DNA from: an uncultured Desulfospira sp.
GTDB taxonomy: Bacteria > Desulfobacterota > Desulfobacteria > Desulfobacterales > Desulfobacteraceae
Reading direction: 5' to 3'
NCBI GenBank assembly: GCA_963663165.1
Contig: OY760175.1
Location: forward strand, 4,096,001-4,160,000
Length of the DNA stretch: 64,000 nt
Shown: positions 39,875 through 49,944 of the stretch, piece after piece
Position numbering within the stretch: the first letter of the stretch is position 1
How the letters are laid out: the number at the start of each line of letters is the position of its first letter
Position numbers and translations under genes: made by a program
Notes under the pieces: generated by a model
Seen by the model: only the letters and a program-made list of their open reading frames with translations
Database searches by the model: none
Told to the model about the DNA's origin: nothing

Positions 39875-40095
39875 CATGCTGATCGCATACAACTTGGCTA
39901 TAGGTGGGGTCAATATTGATAATGAGGATAATAATGTATAAAATGGGGACTTGGGATATGGGATATGGGACTTGGGTAGGCCGTGGATACTGCAATCCCC
40001 AGGTCCCATATCCCAAGTCCCAAGTCCAATTTTTTGGAGATGATCCTTATTTCCCATTCCGGAATGGATTGCTTTTTTACATAACGATTGCCCTG
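39875..40095 (-). mobile_element. Inverted copy of the ISAs1-type MITE (221 bp)
   Basis: Ends CATGCTGATCGCATACAA and TTACATAACGATTGCCCTG; TSD GAGATGAGAC (39865-39874)/GAGATGAGGC (40096-40105); body is the reverse complement of 12533-12755. Confidence 0.85.
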
Positions 40096-40106
40096 GAGAT
40101 GAGGCG

Positions 40107-40145
40107 AAAAAAACGGCGGCAAAGAAAGGCTTCTTTGCCGCCGTG
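40107..40145 (-). terminator. Intrinsic terminator
   Basis: ACGGCGGCAAAGAA/TTCTTTGCCGCCGT stem with a T-run on the minus strand, downstream of the lipoprotein gene. Confidence 0.75.
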
Positions 40146-40173
40146 AAATGACAACAGGGGTTACAAGAATTGT

Positions 40174-41247
40174 TTATTGCCAGTATTTTTGAAGGTACTT
40201 TCTTTCCAGAAGAATAATGGACTGTTCATCCACCTGCCCGCTGTTGACCTTGAATTTGATCAGGTCGTCCCGGTAAGGAATTTTTCTCGGGCTTGAAAAC
40301 TGGAAGGTCTGGCTCCTGTCCTTGGTAATGATGACGTAGTTATAGGTTTGATTGCCGCTGTCGTAAACCCGCTGGGTCATTACCCCCTCAAAGGACCCCT
40401 GGCCGGCCATGGCGGCCTGGCCGCCCTGGACTCCGAGCTGTCCGCCGGTCCCGAGCCCGCCCTGTACCGTCTGGGCCTTGTATGATTTAACCGCCCGGAT
40501 CAGATTGTTCATGGAGTCGGTGAAGGCCGCTACAATAACCTTGCCTTCCGGGGTTCTTGAATAAGCCCCCACCGCACCGCCGGCACTGTGGCCGAACATG
40601 CCGCCCAAAAGGTTAAAGTCAGTGTTCCGGGCGCTGCCTTCAGCTGCGGCCAGCTGAACACCGGAACGGTTTTCGATCAGGGTGATCATGGTGCTGGCAT
40701 CGCTGGTCTTGAATCCGCCGGCAACGGCGCCGGCAACGGAGCCAAGCAGCCCCCCCACCACGGCACCGGCCCCGCCGGTATCGTTTGAGCTGAAGGTAAT
40801 GCTGGGGGTGGCCGTATAATCGGCGGCAACGATCTGTCCTTTACCGAAGTTAGACCCGCTGCGCATTTCCCCTGACTGCATCAGCTGACGTTCCTGCATC
40901 ATCTGGTTCATGGCCTTTCCACGCTCGACCACCACAAAACAGTTGGACTGCTGGGCCAGAAGCCGGATAACCGGAATCGTTGACGGCAGTCTTAAGTCGC
41001 TGGTCAAATGCTGATACCAGGATTCCGACTGATCCTCATAAATGGCCAGGGTCCCCAGTGAGGCATCGCAATGCTCCAAGCCGGCATTGGCATTCTGGGC
41101 ATTGGCCCCCCCGGCAGAACCGGTGGCCGTGGTCTTTGCCGACTGTGACCCGGTCTGCATGGAGGACATACACCCGGAAACGAACAACAGGGTTAAAACA
41201 CAACATAGCGCTATTCCGTATCCAGATATTTTTCTAGTCATTTTCAT
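40174..41247 (-). CDS. CsgG/HfaB-family outer-membrane lipoprotein
   Basis: Lipobox VSG-C; 'QQSNCFVVVERG', 'GQIVAADY', glycine-zipper segments. Confidence 0.8.
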   Translation of the reverse strand: MKMTRKISGYGIALCCVLTLLFVSGCMSSMQTGSQSAKTTATGSAGGANAQNANAGLEHCDASLGTLAIYEDQSESWYQHLTSDLRLPSTIPVIRLLAQQSNCFVVVERGKAMNQMMQERQLMQSGEMRSGSNFGKGQIVAADYTATPSITFSSNDTGGAGAVVGGLLGSVAGAVAGGFKTSDASTMITLIENRSGVQLAAAEGSARNTDFNLLGGMFGHSAGGAVGAYSRTPEGKVIVAAFTDSMNNLIRAVKSYKAQTVQGGLGTGGQLGVQGGQAAMAGQGSFEGVMTQRVYDSGNQTYNYVIITKDRSQTFQFSSPRKIPYRDDLIKFKVNSGQVDEQSIILLERKYLQKYWQ

Positions 41248-41579
41248 CTCCTTTTTTCTCCCTTTATTGAAAATGCCGTTAAATTTTATATGAAAGCCTC
41301 ACTAACATATTGAAAAGACCTCCATTACTCGTTGTGGGCGGTGCCTGGTTGGATAACCAAGGCGGCCCGTGGCCGTTTTATGAAACTTGGGGCCAAATTC
41401 GGGGCGAAAGTTTCGATACTTTGTTATGGACAAAGCGGGTTCTAAAATCCAGTCCGTCCGGGACGGGTATTCATAATCATTAAGCGAACAAATTATTTTA
41501 GGATAGAGATTTCCTTTTTGTCAAGCAGATGATCAAAATTGTCAAAATCCTTTATTCTGCGCGGCAGCAGAAAGGGGGG

Positions 41580-42713
41580 CTATTGAGTTCCCGGCCCAAG
41601 GCGAAGGCCGGTGTTTTTTCCTTTATTATGGATTCCTTTTCTGATTTGTGTGTGTTTCCCTTCTTTAAACCCCTGGTTATAAGCGGCGCTTGAATGGCGG
41701 TAAGAGGTCCTGCGCCGGGAGATGCGGGGAAACACCCGGTTCATTTCGGCCTGGATCTTTCTGGTCATGGATAAAGACAGGGATTGAGATACTTCCATAA
41801 TCGCCCTGGTCTCCCCGGGATCAACCCGCACAGGGGCTTCACAGGAGGGGGTTAATGTTTTTTTGATGCCTTGTGTAAAGCCGACATAAAAGGAGACCTC
41901 ATCTTTTCTGGTATACCCCCAAAGGGACCGGTTTTCCTGCCACAGCCGGGTGCCGGTTTCCAACAGGTAATGGTAGACATATTCAGCTATTTTTAAGTTT
42001 TCCGGCAGGCCGAACAGCACCATTGCCTGGTAAGACTGCTGATCCCTGGCATCATATTGTTTGGAAAGAACGGGATGGACGTAGTAAAACTGGCTGAGAA
42101 TATGAAGGATCCCTTTTTGCAGCCGGGTAACCTGTTTTTTCTTATGGGTAATGACCCGGTATCCGGCGCGGCTTTGTTCAAACCGGGCTTCATCCATAAA
42201 CAGGTCCAGGTTGTGTTTGTGAATCAGTTCATTGGCTTTCCTGGAGGCCGCCCTTGCCTCGTTTTCGTTATCAGACTGTGCCAAAGAGAGCAATTTTTGA
42301 ACCGTTTGGATCATTTTATCGGCCTGGAATGAAACCCCCTTTTCTGGCTCAAGCATGTCCCGGGGTATTTTTCCTGAGGAGCGGATAAAATCCGGGTGGA
42401 CCCCGAGGATCTGACAGGCCTTTTTAAACCGGGGGCCGTGGCCGCCGTCTTCATTCATAACCTGAGAAACATACTGGTGGGCCATTTCATGCTTTAACAC
42501 CTCAACCACCACATGCCAGGGATAGGTTTTAATTAAATGCCTTGATATGGAAAGGGTCTTTGAAGCCGGCGCCCACTGGCCGAAACAGGTTTTTGAATCC
42601 GATATCCGGAAAAGGGGCGGCGCCATGCCAACATGGTGATTCCAGCAGATTTCCTTAAATTCCTCCAAAAGCCTGCCGGCCCATGCCGTTTCCCGGGAAA
42701 AAACCGCTGTCAT
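41580..42713 (-). CDS. SprT-like zinc metalloprotease with DUF2786 domain
   Basis: VLKHEMAHQ...HGPRFKKAC; 'KLLSLAQSDNENEARAA'. Confidence 0.8.
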   Translation of the reverse strand: MTAVFSRETAWAGRLLEEFKEICWNHHVGMAPPLFRISDSKTCFGQWAPASKTLSISRHLIKTYPWHVVVEVLKHEMAHQYVSQVMNEDGGHGPRFKKACQILGVHPDFIRSSGKIPRDMLEPEKGVSFQADKMIQTVQKLLSLAQSDNENEARAASRKANELIHKHNLDLFMDEARFEQSRAGYRVITHKKKQVTRLQKGILHILSQFYYVHPVLSKQYDARDQQSYQAMVLFGLPENLKIAEYVYHYLLETGTRLWQENRSLWGYTRKDEVSFYVGFTQGIKKTLTPSCEAPVRVDPGETRAIMEVSQSLSLSMTRKIQAEMNRVFPRISRRRTSYRHSSAAYNQGFKEGKHTQIRKGIHNKGKNTGLRLGPGTQ

Positions 42714-43028
42714 AAATTATACCCCCCTTGACCCTTAGGATGATGGTGTTCAGTGCCCGTTTTATCGCTATACCTGTCAGGGGTCAATACATCGGGGCAT
42801 AACCTGAAGATTCGCAGCATCGGGTCTCCTGCGGTTAAATTATTAAATTTATACATAAAAACATATGGTTAAATATTGGATCGGTTAGATGAATGGGGCC
42901 CGGCGAGCCAAAATTTCAAAACTTGACCAGACGCCGCCATTTCTGTATATACAGTGTTTTTTTAGGCTCTTGCATGAAATGGGAAAAGGTCTTGTTTTCA
43001 TCCCGAACCTAAACAGACAGGAGGGGTG

Positions 43029-43937
43029 ATGGGTTTTCAAGTGTTTTCCATTTTTTTTAATGTGGTCTGTCCGGTATTTTCCCTGGTGCTTATCGGTTAT
43101 TTGTTAGGGCCCCGACTGGGCATCCAGTACCAGTCCTTGTCCCGGACCGCATATTATATTCTGGTTCCTGCGTTTATCTTTAATTTACTGGGCCACATCC
43201 ATATTGACCCGACCACCATTGGCCGGATGGTCATCTGTATTGGATCGGTTTATATTATTACCGGACTGATCGGCTATTTTCTTGCAAAACTGATTGGATA
43301 CGACCGGAAAATGGCCGTGGCGTTTCTGATGAGCTGCATATTTGGGAATGTGGGCAATTACGGGCTTGCCCTGACCGGCTTCCGGCTTGGGGATGCGGCC
43401 ATGGAAAGTGCCACGGTTTATATGATAGCCGTGAACACCATATCTTTTTCTTTGTGTGTTCTTGCGGCCAGCTGGCTGAGCAAGGGGGAGGCCGGGGCCT
43501 TGAAAAGCCTTGTAAAGACACCGGGCATTGCCGTGGTGCCCATCGCCCTGATGTTCCCTTTTACCGGGACCCAGCCGCCGGTTATGGTTGAGCGCATCAC
43601 ATCCCTTCTTGGGGATGCCATGATCCCGGTCATGCTGCTGGTCCTGGGGCTCCAGCTCAGGGAATCCGGAAAGCTGTCTTTTGGAAAGCCGGTCCTGGCC
43701 GCCTGCGGCATCCGCCTGGTTGCGGGGCCGGCCCTGGCCTTTGCCCTTTTCCCCATCATGGGCCTTACCGGCCTTCATGCCTCCGCCGGTATCCTCCAGG
43801 CATCCATGCCGACGGCCGTCCTTACCGCCATCATTGCCGTGGAGCATGATGTGCTGCCTTCCTTTGTGACATCGGTTGTCTTTGCCAGTACTCTGCTGAG
43901 CCTGGTCAGTCTGACGGTTGTTATGCTTTTGTTGTAG
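43029..43937 (+). CDS. AEC (auxin efflux carrier) family transporter
   Basis: FGNVGNYGL, IPVMLLVLG, QASMPTAV; ~10 TM helices. Confidence 0.88.
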   Translation: MGFQVFSIFFNVVCPVFSLVLIGYLLGPRLGIQYQSLSRTAYYILVPAFIFNLLGHIHIDPTTIGRMVICIGSVYIITGLIGYFLAKLIGYDRKMAVAFLMSCIFGNVGNYGLALTGFRLGDAAMESATVYMIAVNTISFSLCVLAASWLSKGEAGALKSLVKTPGIAVVPIALMFPFTGTQPPVMVERITSLLGDAMIPVMLLVLGLQLRESGKLSFGKPVLAACGIRLVAGPALAFALFPIMGLTGLHASAGILQASMPTAVLTAIIAVEHDVLPSFVTSVVFASTLLSLVSLTVVMLLL

Positions 43938-43942
43938 GCCGT

Positions 43943-44869
43943 TTACCCCTGTCCGAGAAAAATGGCCTGGTCCCATACCCTTTGGGCCATACGGATGGTG
44001 GCCAGGTCCACCATGCGGCCGTCCACGGCGACGGCGCCCCTGGATTGGGCTTGTACGGCATCCAGAATCTGCCTGGCCCGCTGAATCTCATCTTTTGAAG
44101 GGGTAAACATCTGGTTGACCGTGTTGATCTGGTCAGGGTGAATCACCCATTTGCCGTCACACCCGATGGCCCTGGCCAGGCCGGCTGACTTTTTCAGGCC
44201 CCGGGGGTCTTTAAAATTGCCATAGGGGGCATCCAGGGCCAAAAGCCCCCGGGCCTTGGCGGCCATGACCATGCGGCTGATGGGAAAATGCCACCGGTGG
44301 CCCGGGTAGACCTGTTCCTCATTTTCCCCGTGGCCGGACAAGGAGATGAGCCCGGCACCGATACTGGCCTGGTAATCGGCAATGCCAAATGCCAGGGAAG
44401 ACAGCCTTGAACAGGCGCCGGCAATTTCCCGGACCCGCTCAAGCCCCCGGGCCGTCTCGATACAGGCCTGGATTTGAATTTTTCTTTGTTGCCCCAATGC
44501 CATTTCAATCCCGTCCAGGAGCCGGCTCACAAAATGGATATCTCCCTCATGGTTTACCTTGGGCACCACAATGGTATCCAGCCGGTTGCAAGCCCCCTGG
44601 ACCACCTGGATTAAATCCTGATAGGCAAAGGGCGTCTCCACGCTGTTGATGCGAAGATGTACGGTTTTGCCGTTAAAGTCCAGCGAGGCAATCGACGCCG
44701 TAACGATGTTGCGGGCCGCCCCTTTCTGGTCAACGGGCACACTGTCCTCCAAGTCCAGCATAACCGCGTCGGCATTGGAGGCCGCTGCCTTGGCATGCAT
44801 CTGTTCCCTGTGTCCGGGAACGGAAAGTGTGGTCCGGCAAGGCCGGTTCATAATTTTGTTATCTTCCAT
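43943..44869 (-). CDS. CitE/malyl-CoA lyase-like CoA ester lyase (HpcH/HpaI)
   Basis: LDLEDSV, VPKV, IETARG, FGIADY, GKWVIHP, GRMVD. Confidence 0.88.
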   Translation of the reverse strand: MEDNKIMNRPCRTTLSVPGHREQMHAKAAASNADAVMLDLEDSVPVDQKGAARNIVTASIASLDFNGKTVHLRINSVETPFAYQDLIQVVQGACNRLDTIVVPKVNHEGDIHFVSRLLDGIEMALGQQRKIQIQACIETARGLERVREIAGACSRLSSLAFGIADYQASIGAGLISLSGHGENEEQVYPGHRWHFPISRMVMAAKARGLLALDAPYGNFKDPRGLKKSAGLARAIGCDGKWVIHPDQINTVNQMFTPSKDEIQRARQILDAVQAQSRGAVAVDGRMVDLATIRMAQRVWDQAIFLGQG

Positions 44870-44878
44870 CGGGGCACC

Positions 44879-45349
44879 TTATCGCGTATCTGAAGAATCA
44901 AAAAGAATTGCCGGCATCTGCTCCACAAAGGCACGGATTTCATCCCTGACTTTCCGGTAACAGTCCAGCTGGGCCTGCCGGTCTCCGCCTTTTCCGGCGA
45001 CTTCTTTGGCCATCTGGGGCGGGTCATCAAAACCGGCATGGATTTTTCGGCACGTTGCCGGAAAATAGGGGCAGGACTCCTTTGCATGATTACAGACCGT
45101 GACCACCACATCCAGAGGGGACTTTCTAAATTCATCCACGTGTTTGGACCTATGGCGGGCCATGTCAATGCCGGCTTCGGCCATGACCGCAACCGCATCC
45201 GGGTTCAGCCCGTGAATTTCAACCCCGGCTGAAAACGCCTCTATTTTGTCCGGTTTCAAGGCGTTGCCCCAGGCTTCGGCCATCTGGCTGCGGCAGGAAT
45301 TTCCCGTGCATAAAAATAAAATTTTAATTTTACCATTTTTAGAGGTCAT
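44879..45349 (-). CDS. arsC: Arsenate reductase, LMW-PTPase type
   Basis: LFLCTGNSCRSQMAE; TVC...CP; FDDP; VRDEI. Confidence 0.85.
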   Translation of the reverse strand: MTSKNGKIKILFLCTGNSCRSQMAEAWGNALKPDKIEAFSAGVEIHGLNPDAVAVMAEAGIDMARHRSKHVDEFRKSPLDVVVTVCNHAKESCPYFPATCRKIHAGFDDPPQMAKEVAGKGGDRQAQLDCYRKVRDEIRAFVEQMPAILFDSSDTR

Positions 45350-45522
45350 TTTACCCCCTTGAAGTCTAATTCTGGTTGGAAAACGCTCATGGGTTGACAT
45401 ATCCACAATCCGGTTCCCAATGTCAATCTCAAATTCGACCACGCCCGGCTTGACTTCACGCCGGGGTTTGCATAAAACGGACAGGATCATCAATAAAAAT
45501 TTTTTTTGAAGGGAGGGGAAAA

Positions 45523-46494
45523 ATGAAAAAATGGCTGCTTTTTGCCGTGATGCTGCTAATTGCCGCTGCCCCGGCAGCCCCGGCGAAAACCATTAAACTC
45601 GGGGTGGTCACCAAACCGGGGTCTGCCCAAAACATTGTTGCCGATAAATTTAAAGAACTTTTAGAGGAACGCTCCAGCCAGGCGTTTACCGTTAAAATTT
45701 TTCACTCCGCCGCCTTAGGCAATGAAACGGAAATCCTCCAGCAGCTCCAAATGGGGACCATTGAGCTTGGCATCATCACCGGCGGCCCGTTTGATACATT
45801 TGACCCCATTGTCCGGGTCATCAACTATCCCTTCCTGTTCAAAGATTATGCCCAGGCCGATGAAATTCTGGACGGCCCCCTGGGGCAGGAAATATTGAAA
45901 AGTCTGGAAACCTCCGGCTTTAAAGGGCTCTGTTTTTCTGAAAACGGGTTCCGGAACCTGACCAACAACAAGCGGCCCGTAACCGGCCCCGACGATGTCA
46001 AAGGGTTGAAAATCCGGGTTATGTCTTCGGCCCTGCACAAGTCCATCTGGCAGGCGTTGGGGGCCAATCCAACGCCCATGCCCTGGCCCATTTACACGGA
46101 ACTGGAACAAGGGGTCATTGACGGCCAGGAAAACCCCCTCTGGGTTATGGAAGTGTATAAATTTTATGAAATTCAAAAGTACATTACCCTGACCCGCCAT
46201 GTCTATTCCCCCCATATTGATGTGGCCTGCCTGTCCTGGTTCAACAGCCTTTCTTCCAAAGAAAAGGAATGGATAACCAGGGCCATGAAAGAGGCGGCCG
46301 CATTCCAGCGCAAGGCCAACCGGGAAAAGAATGCCGGCCGTCTGGCCCTGCTCAGGGAAAAGGGGATGGCCATAGTGGAAACGCCGGATATTCAGGCCTT
46401 CAGAAGCCGGGTGGCCGGCTTGAAAGATATGGAATTGTACCGGGAAGCCAGGGTGAAGGATCTGCTGGAAAGAATACTCCAAACCACTAAATAA
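45523..46494 (+). CDS. dctP: TRAP transporter substrate-binding protein
   Basis: Signal peptide; ENGFR, GLKIRV, GVIDGQEN. Confidence 0.92.
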   Translation: MKKWLLFAVMLLIAAAPAAPAKTIKLGVVTKPGSAQNIVADKFKELLEERSSQAFTVKIFHSAALGNETEILQQLQMGTIELGIITGGPFDTFDPIVRVINYPFLFKDYAQADEILDGPLGQEILKSLETSGFKGLCFSENGFRNLTNNKRPVTGPDDVKGLKIRVMSSALHKSIWQALGANPTPMPWPIYTELEQGVIDGQENPLWVMEVYKFYEIQKYITLTRHVYSPHIDVACLSWFNSLSSKEKEWITRAMKEAAAFQRKANREKNAGRLALLREKGMAIVETPDIQAFRSRVAGLKDMELYREARVKDLLERILQTTK

Positions 46495-46501
46495 TCAGTT
46501 G

Positions 46502-46996
46502 ATGGAATTTTTAAAAAAACTCAGCCGCCGAACAAACCAGGCTGTTGAAATCCTGGTCAGCGCCATGGGGATGGCCATGGCCACCATCGTGGGGGCCCAG
46601 GTGTTTTCCCGGTATGTCCTGAACCATTCGCTTTTCTGGTCTGAAGAACTGGCCCGGGTCCTTCTGATCGGGCTGACCTTTTTCGGTGCCACCGTGGCCT
46701 ATTACCGGAAGGCCCACCCCGGGGTGGACGGGGTTTACCGGCGGCTGCCGCCCCTTGGCCGGAAATGGGCAGACATTCTGGTCACGGTTTCAGGCATTGG
46801 CCTTTTCTGGATCATGATCACCAGGGGCATTGCGTTTTCCTGGTTTGTCCGGCTTCAGATCACCCCGGCGCTTGGGCTTCCCAAATGGGTGGTCATGACC
46901 ATTGTCCCGGTCTCAGGCCTGGTGTTCATGATCCACGGCCTTTCCTTTCTATTCCAGGATATCATCGGCCCCAAAACAAACGGAAACCGGCCATGA
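46502..46996 (+). CDS. dctQ: TRAP transporter small permease
   Basis: QVFSRY...WSEELAR; 4 TM helices. Confidence 0.9.
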   Translation: MEFLKKLSRRTNQAVEILVSAMGMAMATIVGAQVFSRYVLNHSLFWSEELARVLLIGLTFFGATVAYYRKAHPGVDGVYRRLPPLGRKWADILVTVSGIGLFWIMITRGIAFSWFVRLQITPALGLPKWVVMTIVPVSGLVFMIHGLSFLFQDIIGPKTNGNRP

Positions 46997-48273
46997 CCAC
47001 GGAGCTGCTGATCCTGTCCCTTTTTTTTCTCTTCGTCATTAATACGCCCATCGCCATTGCCATCGGCAGTGCCTCGGCCCTGGCCATCGCCATCCAGGGG
47101 GACTTTTCCCTGATGATGATCGTCCAGCGCATGGTTTCAGGCACAGACTCCTTTCATCTCATGGCGGTCCCCCTGTTCATGTACGCCGGGGTGATCATGG
47201 AAAAGGGCGGGATTTCTAAAAGGCTCATTGATTTTGCCAATGCCCTGACCGGATGGCTGCCCGGCGGGCTCGCCGCGGTCTCCATTGTATCGGCGATGTT
47301 TTTTGCCGGGATTTCCGGGTCTGCCGCCGCTGACGCCGCCGCCGTGGGCGCAATTTTGATTCCGGCCATGAAAAAATCCGGATACCCGTCGGATTTTGCC
47401 GCCGCAGTTCAGGCATCGGGCGGTTCCCTTGGGGTGGTGATTCCTCCGTCCATTCCCATGATCATCTTCGGGTTTCTGACCGGGGCGTCCATCAGCCGGC
47501 TCTTTGCCGCCGGGATCCTGCCCGGGCTGCTCATCGGCACCTCCCTGATCGGGGTCTCCACCTTTATGGCCTGGAAAAACAAATATTCCCCGGATACCGC
47601 TTTTTCCTTAGCCCGTATCGGGCGGACCTTTCAAAGGGCTATTCCGGCGTTAGGCGCCCCCATTATTATTCTCGGGGGGATATTGTTCGGCGTGTTTACG
47701 GCCACGGAATCCGCTGCTGTGGCCGTGTTTTACGCCTTGTTTGTTTCCATGGCCGTATACCGGAAAATAACCGTCAAAGACATTTTTCCCATTTTCAAAC
47801 AGGCCTCGATAACCGCATCTGTAGTCATGTTCATCATTGCCACGGCCTCGGTTTTTTCCTGGGTCGCGGCCATTGAAGAAATCCCTGAGAGCCTGGCCGG
47901 CGGTCTTTTAGGAATATCAAACCAGCCCGAAGTTCTCCTTGTTTTGATCAATCTGGTGTTGCTGGCGGCCGGAATTTTCGTTGAAACCACGGCGGCCCTG
48001 ATCCTGCTGGTTCCCATGATCACGGCCATGCTGCCCTCTTTGGGGATTGACCTGATTCAGCTGGGCGTAATCGTGGTTACCAACCTGGCCATTGGCATGC
48101 TCACCCCGCCCATGGGAATCTGCCTGATTGTTTCCAGTTCCATTTCAAAGGATTCCATCGGGCGGGTCGGGGTCCGGGTTTTGCCCTTTCTTGGTGTGCT
48201 TCTGATGGATCTTTTGATCATCACCTTTTACCCGCCCATGACCATGTGGCTTGCCGGATTGATCGGCAATTGA
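46993..48273 (+). CDS. dctM: TRAP transporter large permease
   Basis: AVPLF, ISGSAAAD, IPPSIP, TATESAA, TPPMG. Confidence 0.92.
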   Translation: MTTELLILSLFFLFVINTPIAIAIGSASALAIAIQGDFSLMMIVQRMVSGTDSFHLMAVPLFMYAGVIMEKGGISKRLIDFANALTGWLPGGLAAVSIVSAMFFAGISGSAAADAAAVGAILIPAMKKSGYPSDFAAAVQASGGSLGVVIPPSIPMIIFGFLTGASISRLFAAGILPGLLIGTSLIGVSTFMAWKNKYSPDTAFSLARIGRTFQRAIPALGAPIIILGGILFGVFTATESAAVAVFYALFVSMAVYRKITVKDIFPIFKQASITASVVMFIIATASVFSWVAAIEEIPESLAGGLLGISNQPEVLLVLINLVLLAAGIFVETTAALILLVPMITAMLPSLGIDLIQLGVIVVTNLAIGMLTPPMGICLIVSSSISKDSIGRVGVRVLPFLGVLLMDLLIITFYPPMTMWLAGLIGN

Positions 48274-48444
48274 CCTTTTGTCCGGTCAGGGGCATCGCAA
48301 TACGGGTAAAAAACGGAGACCGGAACAAGGGAGACCGGAGACCGGATGCCGCGCATTTTTAAGGGGGGGGCATTCCGGGCTCCTTAAGCTTTATTTATGA
48401 TAAATTACGGGTCATCAGAATGAATGACCCAACAGGAGACATCT

Positions 48445-48645
48445 ATGCCATACGTGAATATCAAGATAACCGATGAAAAGGTAACCAAAGAGCAGAAACT
48501 TAAACTGATCCAGGGCGCGACCCGGTTGCTGGTGGATGTGCTGGGAAAGAACCCGGCCACAACCGTGGTGGTGATTGATGAAGTCAACACCGACAACTGG
48601 GGGATTGGTGGGGAGTGTGTTACCGAACTGCGGAAAAAAAGATGA
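48445..48645 (+). CDS. 4-oxalocrotonate tautomerase family protein
   Basis: N-terminal Pro (MPYVNIK), EQK, NWGIGG. Confidence 0.9.
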   Translation: MPYVNIKITDEKVTKEQKLKLIQGATRLLVDVLGKNPATTVVVIDEVNTDNWGIGGECVTELRKKR

Positions 48646-49352
48646 GACTGGCCCTGATCCAATGCGTTACGCTGCCGCCCCGTCTCACGGCCCCAAGCGG
48701 TGATATTCCCCAAATGTTTGACGATTTTTTCAATACCGCACCCCGAAAGGTTCACCTGGATATTTATGATGCCCGGAAAGGGGATTTGCCAGACCCGGAT
48801 GCACCGGTGGACGGATTTATTTTCCCGGGCTCCACAGCCTCTGTTTACGACGGCAGCCCCTGGATTGGGGCCACCCTGGCGTTCATCCGTACCCTGTTTC
48901 GTAAAAAAAAGAAAATTCTGGGGGTCTGTTTCGGCCACCAGCTTATTGCCCAGGCCCTGGGCGGTTCAGTGGCCAAGTCTCCCAAAGGATGGGGGATTGG
49001 TGTTCAGGCCGTTTCAATCCACCGGGCGGCGGCCTGGATGGACCCGTTGGTCAATACCGCCCATTTGATGGTCAGTTATCAGGACCAGGTCCAAAAACTT
49101 CCCCCGGGGGCAACCCTCCTGGCAGGCAATGCCCATTGTGATGTTTTCATGTTTTCCATACAGGATCAGGTCTGGGGCATACAGGGCCACCCGGAATTTA
49201 CCAGGCCCTTTGCCCGCGCCCTCTATCAATCGCGGGAAAAGAGCCTTGGCAAAGCGGCGGTTGCCCATGCAGTGGAAAGTCTTGATCAGATTGTTGACCA
49301 GGCCTTATGGGCAAGGTGGATCTGCCAGTTTTTTGATCCGGCACCGGCTTGA
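48642..49352 (+). CDS. Class I glutamine amidotransferase-like protein
   Basis: GVCFGHQL...QGHPEF catalytic triad. Confidence 0.88.
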   Translation: MRLALIQCVTLPPRLTAPSGDIPQMFDDFFNTAPRKVHLDIYDARKGDLPDPDAPVDGFIFPGSTASVYDGSPWIGATLAFIRTLFRKKKKILGVCFGHQLIAQALGGSVAKSPKGWGIGVQAVSIHRAAAWMDPLVNTAHLMVSYQDQVQKLPPGATLLAGNAHCDVFMFSIQDQVWGIQGHPEFTRPFARALYQSREKSLGKAAVAHAVESLDQIVDQALWARWICQFFDPAPA

Positions 49353-49380
49353 TAGTTTAATCCCCAAAGGCCGGGGAGCA

Positions 49381-49686
49381 TTATAGTGACAGGACTGAAT
49401 TTTCCTCACCCGGAAAAGGTGACGGCAAATGGGCATCCGCTGTATCGTCGTTGACCCACCGGCCATTATCAACCAGATACCGAAACTGATAGGATTTGTC
49501 TTTTTTCAGATCCTTCACCAGTGAGAAATCCCCGTTTTTTAATTTTTTCATGGGCTCGGCTTTTTCGTCCCAGTTATTGAATTCGCCGACAATATAAACC
49601 TTATCGGCTGTTCCGATCTGCTTTTTTTCCAGCTTGAAGCTGACCCGGCAGACATCTTTGGTTTTAAAATACTGCTTCTTTATCAT
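49381..49686 (-). CDS. Isoamylase early-set / glycogen-binding (CBM48-like) protein
   Basis: VGEFNNW, YQFRYLVD, W.ND, ENSV. Confidence 0.85.
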   Translation of the reverse strand: MIKKQYFKTKDVCRVSFKLEKKQIGTADKVYIVGEFNNWDEKAEPMKKLKNGDFSLVKDLKKDKSYQFRYLVDNGRWVNDDTADAHLPSPFPGEENSVLSL

Positions 49687-49944
49687 GATAGCCTCCCTCG
49701 TGAATCTTTTTCTTGAACTCGTTTCGTAGATTTTTAACAGGGTCCGGATATGCCCTGCCAGAATTCCTCCTGTGTTCCTCAGGTGTTTGCAGGCCCGGCC
49801 CCGACAGGATATGGAATGGGACAGGCCAGCCTTATGGTTTAACCCTGTTGGAACTTACTTTATTGCAAAGACAGGTGAAATGTCAATATTTTCTGTGATT
49901 CTAACAATCCTAACCGTTTTTTATTAAAGGATTTTTGGGGACGG

